Under the pieces are notes generated by a model, which made no database searches, was not told the DNA's origin, and saw only the letters and a list, made by a program, of their open reading frames with translations. Positions 43,401 to 51,510 of a DNA stretch of 62,487 bases are shown one piece after another (position 1 is the first letter of the stretch; every line of letters starts with the position of its first letter). Source of the stretch: a virus. The stretch is from the IMG/VR virus record IMGVR_UViG_3300045988_093152, positions 1-62,487 of that record. One strand, given 5' to 3'. The position numbers were made by a program, and so were the translations under genes.

Positions 43401-44307
43401 CGTACTGCCCTTTCAGCTGTTCCAGCGCCTCCGAGCTGGTCATGCCCGGGTTCTTCTGGGTCAGCTCATAGGCCGCCTCCATCATGGAAGCATACTTTGC
43501 GAAGGTCTTTTCCATGACCTCAGTGTTGGCCCACTTCTTCTGCAGGCTCGACTCAAAGCTGGCGATGGTCACTTCGCCTTCTTTGATGACACCCAGCTCC
43601 ACTGCTGTGTCAATGAGCTCCTGCTTCAGGGCCTTGGTGGCCGTACCCATCAGGTTCAGGCTCTTCCAGTCCTGAAGCTGCAAATGTCCGGCGCTGTAGC
43701 TCTGGGTCAGGTTCCGGATGGTGCTCTGGAACGCAAAGCCAGTTTTGCCCGCGTCTGCGGTGGCGTTGGCAATGCCCATGATCATGGGGATCATCTTGTC
43801 GATGTTGCCGCCCGCAGCCGTCATCTGGGAAAGGGCACTGGTCATCTCGCTGAAGCTGTAGCTGGTCTCGTCCGAGTACCACATCAGCTTGTTCAGGTAA
43901 CCGTTCACCTGATCGATGCTCTTGCCCGTGGCGTTCATGATGGTCTGAACGTTGGAGGTCTTTTCGGTGTACTTGTCCCAGCCGCTCATCACCTGATCGA
44001 CGGAAAGGCTCTTCACCAGCTTTTCGCCCGCGTCCACGAATTTGTTGGTAATGTTCACCAGCGCCGTGGTTGCTACGATGTTCAGGCTTGAGAATTTGTT
44101 CTCCAGCGTGTCCAGACTGCGCTGCATCGTGGTAAAGTCCATGTCCTCGGCAGCGGCATCCAGCTTCTCAAAGCCCTTTTCCGCTCCCTTGAACTGGAGT
44201 TTTTCCATCAACCTATCGATGGACGAGATGGTCTTTTTTGTATTCTTCTCAAAGTTTTCGTTGTCGAACCGCATTTCAACAACACGGCTGTCCACTTCCC
44301 TGCTCAT
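37438..44307 (-). CDS. tail tape measure protein (2289 aa)
   Basis: Very long, Ala/Gly/Leu-rich with TM-like central segments. Three HSPS(R/D)xMA...G...GI repeats. ATG at 44307 overlaps the upstream TGA. Confidence 0.9.
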   Translation of the reverse strand: MSREVDSRVVEMRFDNENFEKNTKKTISSIDRLMEKLQFKGAEKGFEKLDAAAEDMDFTTMQRSLDTLENKFSSLNIVATTALVNITNKFVDAGEKLVKSLSVDQVMSGWDKYTEKTSNVQTIMNATGKSIDQVNGYLNKLMWYSDETSYSFSEMTSALSQMTAAGGNIDKMIPMIMGIANATADAGKTGFAFQSTIRNLTQSYSAGHLQLQDWKSLNLMGTATKALKQELIDTAVELGVIKEGEVTIASFESSLQKKWANTEVMEKTFAKYASMMEAAYELTQKNPGMTSSEALEQLKGQYGELAERAALAAQQATSFAQAIDSTKDAASSKWMGVFETIFGNKEEAADTWTELANRLYDIFVPPIEALNERLKDGLNSGWNKLLENELGNQADVYAYTMEQVALASGAITEKQISDAGSFGEAIKQGGISADLLKKGLDEARASAEKMLTLSDAELKARGLEREEIEKQASAFEELNQKVQNGTLDLEGYSKQIRELSGREHLMQSLWNLMDAVSAIVKPIHEAFQDIFPPKTGEEIKSFAQWLDSITKKLIISDDTAKKIKTTAEGVFSVLRVGKDILEGIISGVARVLNLTKPLADILLDAASAAGEFASEITKGLHPLGTIGTWVTNFVDAAAPVLYSFGSVADKIFAQLAQDAKEAFDEFDPEKLNQFILGGMGASMLVSIKGFFESIKSIGSSAKDVVGGIKDCIESLGEAIDAWKSAKKADTLMTIAKAVALMAGSLAVLSMVKADRLGAAIGALTVTFGELLGVMAVMTQLTKNVQSLKLSVLAGGMVAVSAAVLVLSGALKVISTIDSDKLLGSVVALGGVMLELAAVAAVLSKDGGRFTKGTAGMMAFAVSIRILASSVKALSGLNSSALTRGLVGVGALCAGLVVAAKTMNGVKFGIGKGTGFVLMAASMEILQDAVAKFGEMDNEAVVRGLTSIGGALVIFVAAMNLLKGGIGSAISLTMMAAAVNLLVPAFQGLGNLSWEAIGKGLLTIVGAFVVLGGAAVILSPVTPVIVALSLSLSALALSLGALLALSSAANFVQNLASSLSLLNGLNFQVFLNGIKALAWTLVEFIAGVFQGLAEVASSLVTSIAKIIKAICDAIILAAPSIGQALYVLGTTVIDTVVSLTEYIWEKIEPALNDLWTKFTTWAGSHNPLDPKNWGGQDKGVSAQTFVLPFADILDELKNGDSMMAGIYQAFAGIGKNASEGMKEGQLDGKKEAADASEEVANAVIETSKTTFDSHSPSRVMAELGRYVTVGLAEGIADPSALAQAKANMLNVASSIRSVFTTFWGIHSPSDLAASDSENILEGALLGIGDKQKQEELRQASYSGALVMKDGFLQAIDETTLAIQKKMPELYNAFKLSTLHPGNLIYQNGLSTAMDEFSDAMDDAIVIPGKTGLKKAGSSRNATKSEIANAKQGNADAQTALNDPYGILGNWWQKAQDAVADAVTPTSSTKSKASKSGKSLADTLASAFSDKLKANKTEMSNATGEYALWEVTGGDTATVEELITKKTESLTREIELQTKRVAIAKEQYDTLLAKVGANNSKTKDAYGTLLSEQKTLAELQRSKQDSILKVIQERYETDAKTAEDEYELWSALYEDSAEVTEKSNKKIDYINRKIKNQAEILLAAEKDYIAIKNEFGEASQKTQAAYQQYLEAQTEQQKLINELNQAQLDAYDSKVSYLEKQEKLVTNRQNMLAKLYGDGDLAGREDAYKAAVEQYGADSAQARKAATQGTMTAIIGVGTALDSMSYSLKKVTNKQLKYDEAVKKFGKNSETALDALADLQSEQYNFVGFAENLADAFELDDSGKRMMMQLGYSISKNWRPIQEGFNSVWAQVQKSAPEMAAKLSRAFGVATQDGVTNVITDLIGTITALVSGDWGGAVTGGITTVLDFMGSEFGQTMMNLGKTMLTFNKLAQGGGTLKVMGQVVKVTGATKNLGSILGNMSGLLGSATGGTGLLGEALGGLGSIGEMITGSGGLLGGLGELGGTLMSVLGSIGPEGWLIGAAVVGGGLLIANWDKVGDFFSGFFDWLGNAFSHLWDWISNGFKGLVEVGGNLISGLWQGITGTAGTVWNAICDFGSSIVDGFCDFFGIHSPSRVMAGIGEYLSLGLAQGITDETDSVVQGVQDVSNTALSTMMDLAQRVGDIASDDFEYEPSIQPVVDMSDVQNGVDWLNDTLFQNGTVALNAERTAGLAANVVRRAEVTKAQQEEDNKADQKANPNADIVSSVEALGEHIDSIARAVANMKVQMNGRKLVGEIINDVDEGLGKINRRNNR

Positions 44308-44690
44308 TCTGTCCTCACCTCGCCCCATGCTCTGGCCGCGATCCGCTCAAAGACCGGCCGCATTGCCGGGTTAATGTAATCCACACCCTCTACATACCCT
44401 CCGTTTCGTGTTCCGTGGCCATATTGCAGGATCACCGCAATGGGCACGCCGTCCACGATGTTGGAGTTTTTCCATGTAATAACGATGCTTTCCCTGCCCT
44501 TTGTCACCTCGTAGCTCCAGCTGGCCGCGGTCTTTCCCGTGTCCTTGGGGGTCGCTTTCGCAAGGGCATCCACCCCTTCCTGGCCGTACAGGTTCAGTAC
44601 GTCGTCCAGGTCGAGGTCGGAACATCGCTTCAAAAATTTCCGGGTCTTTTTCCAGTCGCCTTTCTGGCGAAAGATGATGACTTTCGACAT
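44304..44690 (-). CDS. HK97 gp10-like head-tail/tail component
   Basis: AKATPKDTGKTAASWSYEV resembles the P.DTG.L..S motif of that family. Confidence 0.45.
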   Translation of the reverse strand: MSKVIIFRQKGDWKKTRKFLKRCSDLDLDDVLNLYGQEGVDALAKATPKDTGKTAASWSYEVTKGRESIVITWKNSNIVDGVPIAVILQYGHGTRNGGYVEGVDYINPAMRPVFERIAARAWGEVRTE

Positions 44691-44692
44691 GC

Positions 44693-45292
44693 TTATCCTC
44701 TTGTTTTCAGCTTGGCCTTTCTCTGCTCATTCAGCATTCTCTGCTGGGCCATCCGTTTGCCCTTGCTCATCTTCTTCGTCGGTGCCTGGCTCTCCTGGCA
44801 GACCCGGATCATGGTAAGGAGCCGGTTCAGATGCCACTTTTCGCACTCCTTCGGGATGCCGTATGTGAACATCTGGCAATAAAGAATCTCGGCCGTTGTC
44901 TCCGTTCCATTTCTCCTGGGCGGGCGTTTCGGTCGAGGTTTCGTTTTATTTTTTATTTCGTTCGGTCTTGGCTCCCCGGCAAACCATGTTGCGGTCATCG
45001 GGGCTTCCATATATGTGTTAATGGCTTTATACTGTTCTTTCGTCAGTCTGGCGTATACTTCAGGGTCTACCCCTTTCGTGATCGTCATGCAGCGGATGTA
45101 GTCCAGCCACTGCTCCACGGTCAGCTTGTCCAGATTGCTCAGGAACGGTATATTCCAGTTGCTTTCCCAATGAGCCAGGGAGAGCAGTGAGTGCTCCAGT
45201 TTCAGCGTTACCGGTTCCGAATAGACAAATTCCTCTGTCTTTGCGTTCCAGCTCTGCTTTGCCGGAATGTTTAACGTCAGCACCCGCTCCAC
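44693..45292 (-). CDS. tail-assembly-associated protein (position of gpT/Gp15-like genes); start GTG 45292 or 45283
   Basis: 199-aa ORF between chaperone and TMP, basic C-terminus. Confidence 0.45.
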   Translation of the reverse strand: MERVLTLNIPAKQSWNAKTEEFVYSEPVTLKLEHSLLSLAHWESNWNIPFLSNLDKLTVEQWLDYIRCMTITKGVDPEVYARLTKEQYKAINTYMEAPMTATWFAGEPRPNEIKNKTKPRPKRPPRRNGTETTAEILYCQMFTYGIPKECEKWHLNRLLTMIRVCQESQAPTKKMSKGKRMAQQRMLNEQRKAKLKTRG

Positions 45293-45371
45293 CTCCCTGG
45301 GGTGTTTTCATTGAGGCGCTCTTTTCAGAGTGCTCTCCATTTTGAATGTTCGGTCAGTTGTGAGGGCAGGC

Positions 45372-45821
45372 TTACTGCTCGTCGGTGCCCTTCTTCGGGC
45401 CTTCCAGCACCATCAGGCCGGGCTGGGCGTTCACAGGGGCGGCCTTCTTGGTCTCCTCCTTCATGTCCTCCGGCAGGATGCCCTCAAAGAATGCGGCCGC
45501 TGCCTCTCCGTTGGAGGCCAGCTTGTAGTACAGGTCGCTGTAGGCCTGGGTAGACATAAAGTCCGCCAGCACCGCATCGTTCTTGATGAACTTCCGGCCA
45601 TCCGGGCTCAGCACACCGTAGCTCTTGCAGATGATCTGCTTGAAGAGCTTTGCAAGCTCCAGCTGGCTCTGGGCGGCAGTGATACGGTTGATCATCTGCA
45701 CAAGGCCGCCCTCGGTGGTCAGCTCCATCTCCATGATCTCGGCACGGGTCAGATTGAAGTAGTAATCTTCCGTCCGCTCAGTACCGCCAAAGTCCACGGT
45801 GGTCATCGTCTTTTTCAGCAT
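45372..45821 (-). CDS. tail assembly chaperone
   Basis: Position after the major tail protein. FNLTRAEIMEMEL...FIKNDAVLADFMST pattern. Confidence 0.55.
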   Translation of the reverse strand: MLKKTMTTVDFGGTERTEDYYFNLTRAEIMEMELTTEGGLVQMINRITAAQSQLELAKLFKQIICKSYGVLSPDGRKFIKNDAVLADFMSTQAYSDLYYKLASNGEAAAAFFEGILPEDMKEETKKAAPVNAQPGLMVLEGPKKGTDEQ

Positions 45822-45984
45822 TTTTCTTCTCCTTTATGGTGTTCATTGATTCTTGGCCCCTACCAGGGGTCTGCTCACAAAACTTGCCCGTACTGCCAAG
45901 GGCTCCCCTACTAGGGGAGCTGTCAGCGAAGCTGACTGAGAGGTTTAATCCGTTCTCCTTGGCGAGACCGAAGCGGTGAGAGGT
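45822..45984 (-). promoter_or_regulatory. structured intergenic region (four GC hairpins) after the major tail gene
   Basis: CCGCTTCGG, GTCAGCTTCGCTGAC, CTCCCCTAGTAGGGGAG and GACCCCTGGTAGGGGCC on the minus strand. Confidence 0.4.
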
Positions 45985-46650
45985 TTACACCTGGCCCTCG
46001 CTGTCGGTGATCAGCTTGATCAGATCATCCGGGGTGGGCAGGGTCGCCTCAACAGTCTCGGTGCCCCAGAGCTTGTCCTGAATGGCCTTCACGGTGGCAG
46101 GCTTCAGCTTGGAGCAGTCGATCTCCATGTGGCTGGTGGGGCGGTGGCCGGTCACGTTCACGGGGGAGGTGGTGCACTCCCAGCTGAAGGTGATGGCATC
46201 GGGGTTGTCGTTGATGGTGGCGTAGCTCTTCTCGCTGGGAGAAGCGGTGCTGTTCCACGCAATGTGGATCTTCTGGCCCACCTCGTCGTCAACGTCGTTG
46301 CCCACGGTGGTCACCCAGCTGAAACCAAAGCCCTGACGCTTCTGCTGGCCGATGGAAACACCCGTTGCAACCTGTGCGGAACCGTCGCAGGGCTCCCACT
46401 CGGTGGGGTAGGTGTAGGCTTCGATGGTGTAGCCGTACTCCTCGGCAGAGCGCAGAGAAGCATACTTGATGTCGTCAGCGTAGAGCTTGGTCTCCTCAGC
46501 GCCGGAGGGGCTCTCGGTCACGGCGGTCAGGCCATTCCAGGCCACGCCCTTGTCGTAAGCGCCGGTGTTGTTCATGGGGTACAGGACACCCATCTTGGTG
46601 CCCATCTCGTAAAACTTTTCGCCAACGGCATCCCAAATCAGTCTTGCCAT
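45985..46650 (-). CDS. major tail protein
   Basis: ATG at 46650 after AGAAGGAGG, 221 aa. Position and composition are typical of siphovirus tube proteins. Confidence 0.65.
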   Translation of the reverse strand: MARLIWDAVGEKFYEMGTKMGVLYPMNNTGAYDKGVAWNGLTAVTESPSGAEETKLYADDIKYASLRSAEEYGYTIEAYTYPTEWEPCDGSAQVATGVSIGQQKRQGFGFSWVTTVGNDVDDEVGQKIHIAWNSTASPSEKSYATINDNPDAITFSWECTTSPVNVTGHRPTSHMEIDCSKLKPATVKAIQDKLWGTETVEATLPTPDDLIKLITDSEGQV

Positions 46651-46664
46651 AAACTTCCTCCTTC

Positions 46665-46982
46665 TTAAGTGTAGATCGTAAATACGGTGTGGTATAATCC
46701 ATCCGAAACAAAAGAGCGGTCGTAGGTGCATTTCGGCAACACACTTACGGCCGCTTTGATTTTGCTGTCCGGATCTCTGTCCATCACGGTCACCGTGTAG
46801 AACGGATGCTGAATGTAGACCCGGTCATTCGCATGGTTGTTCCGGATTCTGCTTTCGCTGTACACGATGCAGGGATATTGGAGCTGGAATCCAGCTTTCG
46901 GCTGAAAATAGAGGTGGATCGACGCGGTATTCTCTTTCAGCACTTCGCGTAAGAGTGCGTCAACCTTCAGTCGTGCATCCAT
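46665..46982 (-). CDS. tail terminator / head-tail joining protein, tentative
   Basis: 105-aa ORF directly upstream of the major tail gene. Confidence 0.45.
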   Translation of the reverse strand: MDARLKVDALLREVLKENTASIHLYFQPKAGFQLQYPCIVYSESRIRNNHANDRVYIQHPFYTVTVMDRDPDSKIKAAVSVLPKCTYDRSFVSDGLYHTVFTIYT

Positions 46983-47289
46983 TCCAGAGCCCTCCCAGGG
47001 TCAGGATCAGGCGCGGGTATTGTACCTTCACGCTGGATACCTGCCATTTCTGTCCCATGAACGTCGCATACCGGAGCTTGTAGAGATGATCTCGTGCAAA
47101 CGGGTCGGCTACAATGCTCAGTTGGTTTCCCACCGTGATGTCAGGGTTCACCTTGTCCCCCAGCTGCATCTGCCGTCCAAATTCCAGTACATCGCCAAAA
47201 TATTGGCGTTCGGTCATCTTTTCGGTAAATACACTGGGGGCAGTCTCTTCTACCTCATCGGCAAAGCCAAGCTTTCCGCTGTATTTCAT
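46960..47289 (-). CDS. head-tail adaptor / head closure protein, tentative
   Basis: 109-aa ORF. YKLRYATFMGQKWQVSSV...LTLGG resembles the SPP1 gp16-type pattern. Confidence 0.45.
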   Translation of the reverse strand: MKYSGKLGFADEVEETAPSVFTEKMTERQYFGDVLEFGRQMQLGDKVNPDITVGNQLSIVADPFARDHLYKLRYATFMGQKWQVSSVKVQYPRLILTLGGLWNGCTTEG

Positions 47290-47340
47290 CTCTTCTCACT
47301 CCATTTTGATTAGTTATAACTAACTAAAAGGGCTGAAAAC

Positions 47341-47604
47341 TCAGTCCTCAGCCTTTGCCGTCCAGGTTGCCGCAGCGCTGCCGTCGTAGGTGATAAAGCC
47401 AGTGGCGGTCATTGCCACAGCCTGGAGCACGTTGGTGCCGTCGTCAATCATCAGGCGGCCCAGCTTGAATGCCTTCTCGGCATCTGCCTTCTTCACCTCG
47501 GTGGTGTGGGCGGCATCCTCGTACAGCTTGTTGTCGGAATGGCCATAGGCAATGTAGTTTGCCACATGCAGGTCATAGCCGGTCTCGTAATAGGGTTTCA
47601 GCAT
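47341..47604 (-). CDS. hypothetical head-associated protein
   Basis: ATG at 47604 after AAAGGAGAG, immediately after the capsid gene. Confidence 0.5.
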   Translation of the reverse strand: MLKPYYETGYDLHVANYIAYGHSDNKLYEDAAHTTEVKKADAEKAFKLGRLMIDDGTNVLQAVAMTATGFITYDGSAAATWTAKAED

Positions 47605-47630
47605 AGGTTTCTCTCCTTTCCCACAACGGG

Positions 47631-49415
47631 TTAAGTGGCCCACTCAACGGCCATTGCGCTGAACGGGGTGGTCAGAGCGCCGGAGCAGCGGGTCTCGATC
47701 AGGTACTTCTGCGCGTTGAAGTCGATGTCGAAGTCATCGAACATGGAAACAGCGCCGCCCTTGTCAGCACCCACAGTGTAATCGGCCAGGTTGACAACGA
47801 TAGCGACCAGGTCGCCGCCCTTGGCACCCTTGCGGCCCTCCATCTCGGGCACAGTCACGATCTTTGCAACACGCAGCTTGCGGGCCAGAGCAGCCTCGTC
47901 GGCATACAGCGGGTGGCCGATGCCGTCCTCCAGCAGGAGCATCTCGGTCAGAGCGTCCTCGGTGGTGAACAGGGTCGGAGTGCCGGAGCCGCGGTAGTCC
48001 TTGCGGGCACGGATGATCTGCTTGATCAGGGCCTTGTACTTGTCCTCCACGGTGGTCAGGCCGGTGGTCTTGCACTGAACCTTGATGGTAAACAGGTCTG
48101 CATCATTGAAGACGGGGCGGATGCAGTTCTCATCGATCTTGTCCTCAGAGGCTGCCAGACGGCCATCACCCAGCAGGTATGCCAGAGCCAGCTCACGGTT
48201 CAGCTTCAGGCGCATCTCCTGCTTCAGCCATGCCACAACGTCAAAGCTGGTAATGTCGATCACATCGTCGCGATCCAGCTTCTGCTTCTTGTAGACGGTG
48301 GTGGGGCTGGTGGAGCGGCGCAGCAGGCCAAAGACCTCTTCCTTCTTGAAGTTGCCCTTGATGTAACCCTTGGCGCGAGCATCCTCCTCGGTCAGGTCAG
48401 CAAACATGCTCTTGAAGCGGCTGAACGGGATGTGGTGGACAGCGCCCATGACCACGCTCACCCAGTCGTCGGGCTTGTCGATGATGCGGGGCGTGGTGTC
48501 CAGCAGGTGATCCTCAGGGAACAGCCAGTCGATGTTGTCGATGCTGTGGGCCAGCTCGTCACTGTCCATGCCGGCATCCTCAAAGGCAGCCTTCATGGTG
48601 CCGTGGCTCTTGGCGGTCTTGACCACCTGGTTGATGTCCTCAATGCTGTGCTTCAGCACGGTCTGGTTGGTGTCCTTGTCAAATGCATTGTGCTTCACGG
48701 TATCGTCCTCCTCACCGTCATCGTTGTTGCCGCCTTCCTTCTCTTCCAGGGCCAGGCCCACCAGAGCGTGGCAGCACTCTTTCTGCTCGTCGGTCATGCT
48801 GTTGTAGACCTGTTCGAGCGTCTTGCCTTCGTTCTTTTCGTCCGCCATTTTGGCTTCCTCCTGTGTTGCTTTATCGTCGGTCACGGCATCGCCGCTGTCC
48901 GCACTGTGTGTAAGGTCTTCCAGCGGGTTGCCCTCGGGGTCCATGCCGTGGGTCAGGCTCAGGCCGTCCTCGTTATAGATAAAGGCCTCGCCGCCCTCGT
49001 AGTCCTCTTCGGCACTGTGCTTCACCACCTCGTCGATCAGGGCACCCGGGTTGCATCCGGCCAGCACCAGGCTCACTTCCCGGATAAAGCCGTGCTTCAC
49101 GGTGCTGCCCACCTTCTTCAGGCCGTTGGCAAAAATGGAAAAGGCGCTCAGGTCGCCGCTCTCCACGCACTGTCTTGCGGTCTTGCCGGTGTCGGTGTCG
49201 TTGAATTTGGCATAGCAGTACACGCCGCCGGGCCGGTTCTCCAGCAGGCAGTGGCCGATCACATTGTCCACGTTGGCGTGGTCGTGGTTGTACACCATGG
49301 GCACAACCTTGCCGCTGCACTCCTTAAAGGCATCCTGCGCGATCACCAGCCCGTCATAGCACCGGACGTTCGCTTTCGTCGCCCAGCCGCTGCAATCGTA
49401 GTCAAAATTAACCAT
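47631..49415 (-). CDS. prohead protease (HK97 S78-type) fused to major capsid protein
   Basis: N-terminal VPMVYNHDHANVDNVIGH...SAFSIFANG...REVSLVLAGCNPGA is protease-like. The C-terminal ~400 aa are HK97-fold-capsid-like. ATG at 49415. Confidence 0.75.
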   Translation of the reverse strand: MVNFDYDCSGWATKANVRCYDGLVIAQDAFKECSGKVVPMVYNHDHANVDNVIGHCLLENRPGGVYCYAKFNDTDTGKTARQCVESGDLSAFSIFANGLKKVGSTVKHGFIREVSLVLAGCNPGALIDEVVKHSAEEDYEGGEAFIYNEDGLSLTHGMDPEGNPLEDLTHSADSGDAVTDDKATQEEAKMADEKNEGKTLEQVYNSMTDEQKECCHALVGLALEEKEGGNNDDGEEDDTVKHNAFDKDTNQTVLKHSIEDINQVVKTAKSHGTMKAAFEDAGMDSDELAHSIDNIDWLFPEDHLLDTTPRIIDKPDDWVSVVMGAVHHIPFSRFKSMFADLTEEDARAKGYIKGNFKKEEVFGLLRRSTSPTTVYKKQKLDRDDVIDITSFDVVAWLKQEMRLKLNRELALAYLLGDGRLAASEDKIDENCIRPVFNDADLFTIKVQCKTTGLTTVEDKYKALIKQIIRARKDYRGSGTPTLFTTEDALTEMLLLEDGIGHPLYADEAALARKLRVAKIVTVPEMEGRKGAKGGDLVAIVVNLADYTVGADKGGAVSMFDDFDIDFNAQKYLIETRCSGALTTPFSAMAVEWAT

Positions 49416-50670
49416 TTTGATTTGCAATACTCCTCTCTACGGCATCCCGCCCTGCCGTGATTGTTTTGTTCTGCGCCGCAATTTCCTCACTGCTCTGGCT
49501 GATGTTTGCATTCCGCAGTTCATCTGCCTTGGGGTCCTTGCTGGGTTTCATGCCAATGGCCTGCCGGAACTCGTTGGAGGTCATGATCTCATTGCGGGTA
49601 AACTTGTCGGCCATTTCGGCAACGGCGGAAACAGGGGTCAGCTTGAACGGGTCACGGAAGTACATCACGGATTCCCGGTTCGCCCGGTCGTCCTCGGTCA
49701 GGAACTTCCGCCGGATCTCGTCCACGGCAGCCGCCACAATGGGTTCGATGGTACGGTTCTCGTAGTTGGTCATCACAGCATCGGAAGCAGTACCGTTCAT
49801 GATCTCCGGGGTGATACCCAACTGGCTGTATGCCATGTTGGTCAGGTATTCCACGGTCTTCAAAAGGTTGTTTTCGAGGCTGCGGTTCAGCTGCGTGATA
49901 TGCTCCGTGCCATCGGTGTAGGCAATGCCGTATTTGGAACCGGCGAGCTGCTGTTCGATCTGTGCCCGCCGTTCTTCGGCCTGTTTCTTCCGGGTCTCGC
50001 CCTTCACAACGTAGGGCAGCTGGATGATCAGGTCGAGCTTGCCGCTGCCCACCTGCTCGTCGATCACGTCCATCAGGTTCAGTTTCCGGATCAGGCGCTG
50101 CACCGTGCCGTTGGGCTCGTTCATCACGGCATAGAACGGGTTCTCCACCAGGGCCACCTGTGTCTTCGGCAGGGTGATTTCCTCTTTCCGTCCGGTCCGG
50201 TCGTTGTACACTTCCAGCCGCACGTCGTCCGGGTACCATTCCAGCACCTTTCCCACCCGCATGGATTCGATCCGGGTCTTACCGGTCTTTCCGTCGTAGT
50301 CCACGTCAATCGGCACCAGTGCAATGCATCCCTCATCCAGCATGGAAAGGAACATGTCATATCGCAGTGCCCGGCCCGTCTGGTCCTTGTTGCCGGAAAG
50401 ATTCAGGCAAGAATTAAGGCCCGAATCAACGGTTTCGTCGTAGCGTCCGTTTTCATCGAGCCTTACATGATTGATGGTGATCGCCGCAGCATCCATTGCA
50501 ATGCGGGTGTTGATGGCCGTCATAATCGTCCGGTCATTGGTTCGGTTCAGCCGTACCCGGTCGGGCCGGTTGCTGTAACCTCCCCCAATATAAATTTTTC
50601 CGGGAGGGTCCCGGTTCAAAAACGCATTCCAGGCGTGTCTCAGTCTGGAGCCAAAGGTTTGTGATGCCAT
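49408..50670 (-). CDS. portal protein
   Basis: 420-aa ORF between the terminase region and protease-capsid, GGAGGAAATCAAAATG start. Confidence 0.65.
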   Translation of the reverse strand: MASQTFGSRLRHAWNAFLNRDPPGKIYIGGGYSNRPDRVRLNRTNDRTIMTAINTRIAMDAAAITINHVRLDENGRYDETVDSGLNSCLNLSGNKDQTGRALRYDMFLSMLDEGCIALVPIDVDYDGKTGKTRIESMRVGKVLEWYPDDVRLEVYNDRTGRKEEITLPKTQVALVENPFYAVMNEPNGTVQRLIRKLNLMDVIDEQVGSGKLDLIIQLPYVVKGETRKKQAEERRAQIEQQLAGSKYGIAYTDGTEHITQLNRSLENNLLKTVEYLTNMAYSQLGITPEIMNGTASDAVMTNYENRTIEPIVAAAVDEIRRKFLTEDDRANRESVMYFRDPFKLTPVSAVAEMADKFTRNEIMTSNEFRQAIGMKPSKDPKADELRNANISQSSEEIAAQNKTITAGRDAVERSIANQNG

Positions 50671-50686
50671 TTTGATTTCCTCCAGA

Positions 50687-51238
50687 TCAGGACTTCTTTA
50701 CAGCCGAAGCCATTGCGGCCGTTACAACGGCTTTTTTCAAAGCATCGCTCCCAGTCGCATTTACGGCAGCCGCAGCGATATCGCCATAGTGATTCAGCAC
50801 GGCGTCCACTGCCACCTTGCCAGCCACGCCCCCGATTGCACCGGCTGCGCCACCAACGATTTTGTTGCCGGCAGTTTTCAGCAGATCAGTCACATAAGCC
50901 TTACCAGGTGACGTGCTCTTCTTCAGTTCCAGATACTGCTTTTCTTTCTGCATCCGGGCGATTCGCTGATTCAGCTCTTCATCTGTCATCTTTTTGGGAT
51001 TATTAAAGTGAGCCTTTCCTTGAGGTGTCCATCCATCCTTGTCCATCGGGCGAGCCGTACCCTTCAAAAACCGTTTGGCAACATTTCCGGCTTTCTTGAC
51101 ACCGTTTTTGTAGTCATCCGCGGAGTACCGTTTTCTGCCAGCAGATGTCAAAGTACCATCCTGGTTCTGGTACCGCCGCACACCCCACTTCATGCCTTTG
51201 ATACCCCAATGGCACAGTTCATCGTTATAAACGGTCAC
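50687..51238 (-). CDS. leader-motif protein with glycine/alanine-rich hydrophobic C-terminus
   Basis: GTG start after AAAGGAGG. N-terminus CHWGIKGMKWGVRRYQNQDGTLTSAGRKRY. C-terminus GGAAGAIGGVAGKVAVDAV... Confidence 0.65.
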   Translation of the reverse strand: MTVYNDELCHWGIKGMKWGVRRYQNQDGTLTSAGRKRYSADDYKNGVKKAGNVAKRFLKGTARPMDKDGWTPQGKAHFNNPKKMTDEELNQRIARMQKEKQYLELKKSTSPGKAYVTDLLKTAGNKIVGGAAGAIGGVAGKVAVDAVLNHYGDIAAAAVNATGSDALKKAVVTAAMASAVKKS

Positions 51239-51303
51239 ACTTTACCTCCTTTGCAAATAAAAAACGCACCAGCAATTAAGCTGATGCGTTCAGATGTACC
51301 GTA

Positions 51304-51507
51304 TTACGGAATGATGTCTAAAATAGATTCGCACATCGTTCCTATCTCATTCGGAAAATAATTGTCATCCAACCCCCGATATTCCAGTTCATCGCCGACT
51401 CGTTCTTCGATTTTGGCCCACTCATCGGAAAAATCATCGATTTTGGTATAATCGTAATCAAGCCCCAGACTTTTCAAAAAATCGATCTGTTTCTCGGTAA
51501 GCATCAT
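51304..51507 (-). CDS. putative immunity protein for the upstream toxin
   Basis: 67-aa acidic ORF starting 4 nt after the toxin stop, GAGGTG SD. Confidence 0.5.
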   Translation of the reverse strand: MMLTEKQIDFLKSLGLDYDYTKIDDFSDEWAKIEERVGDELEYRGLDDNYFPNEIGTMCESILDIIP

Positions 51508-51510
51508 GGA

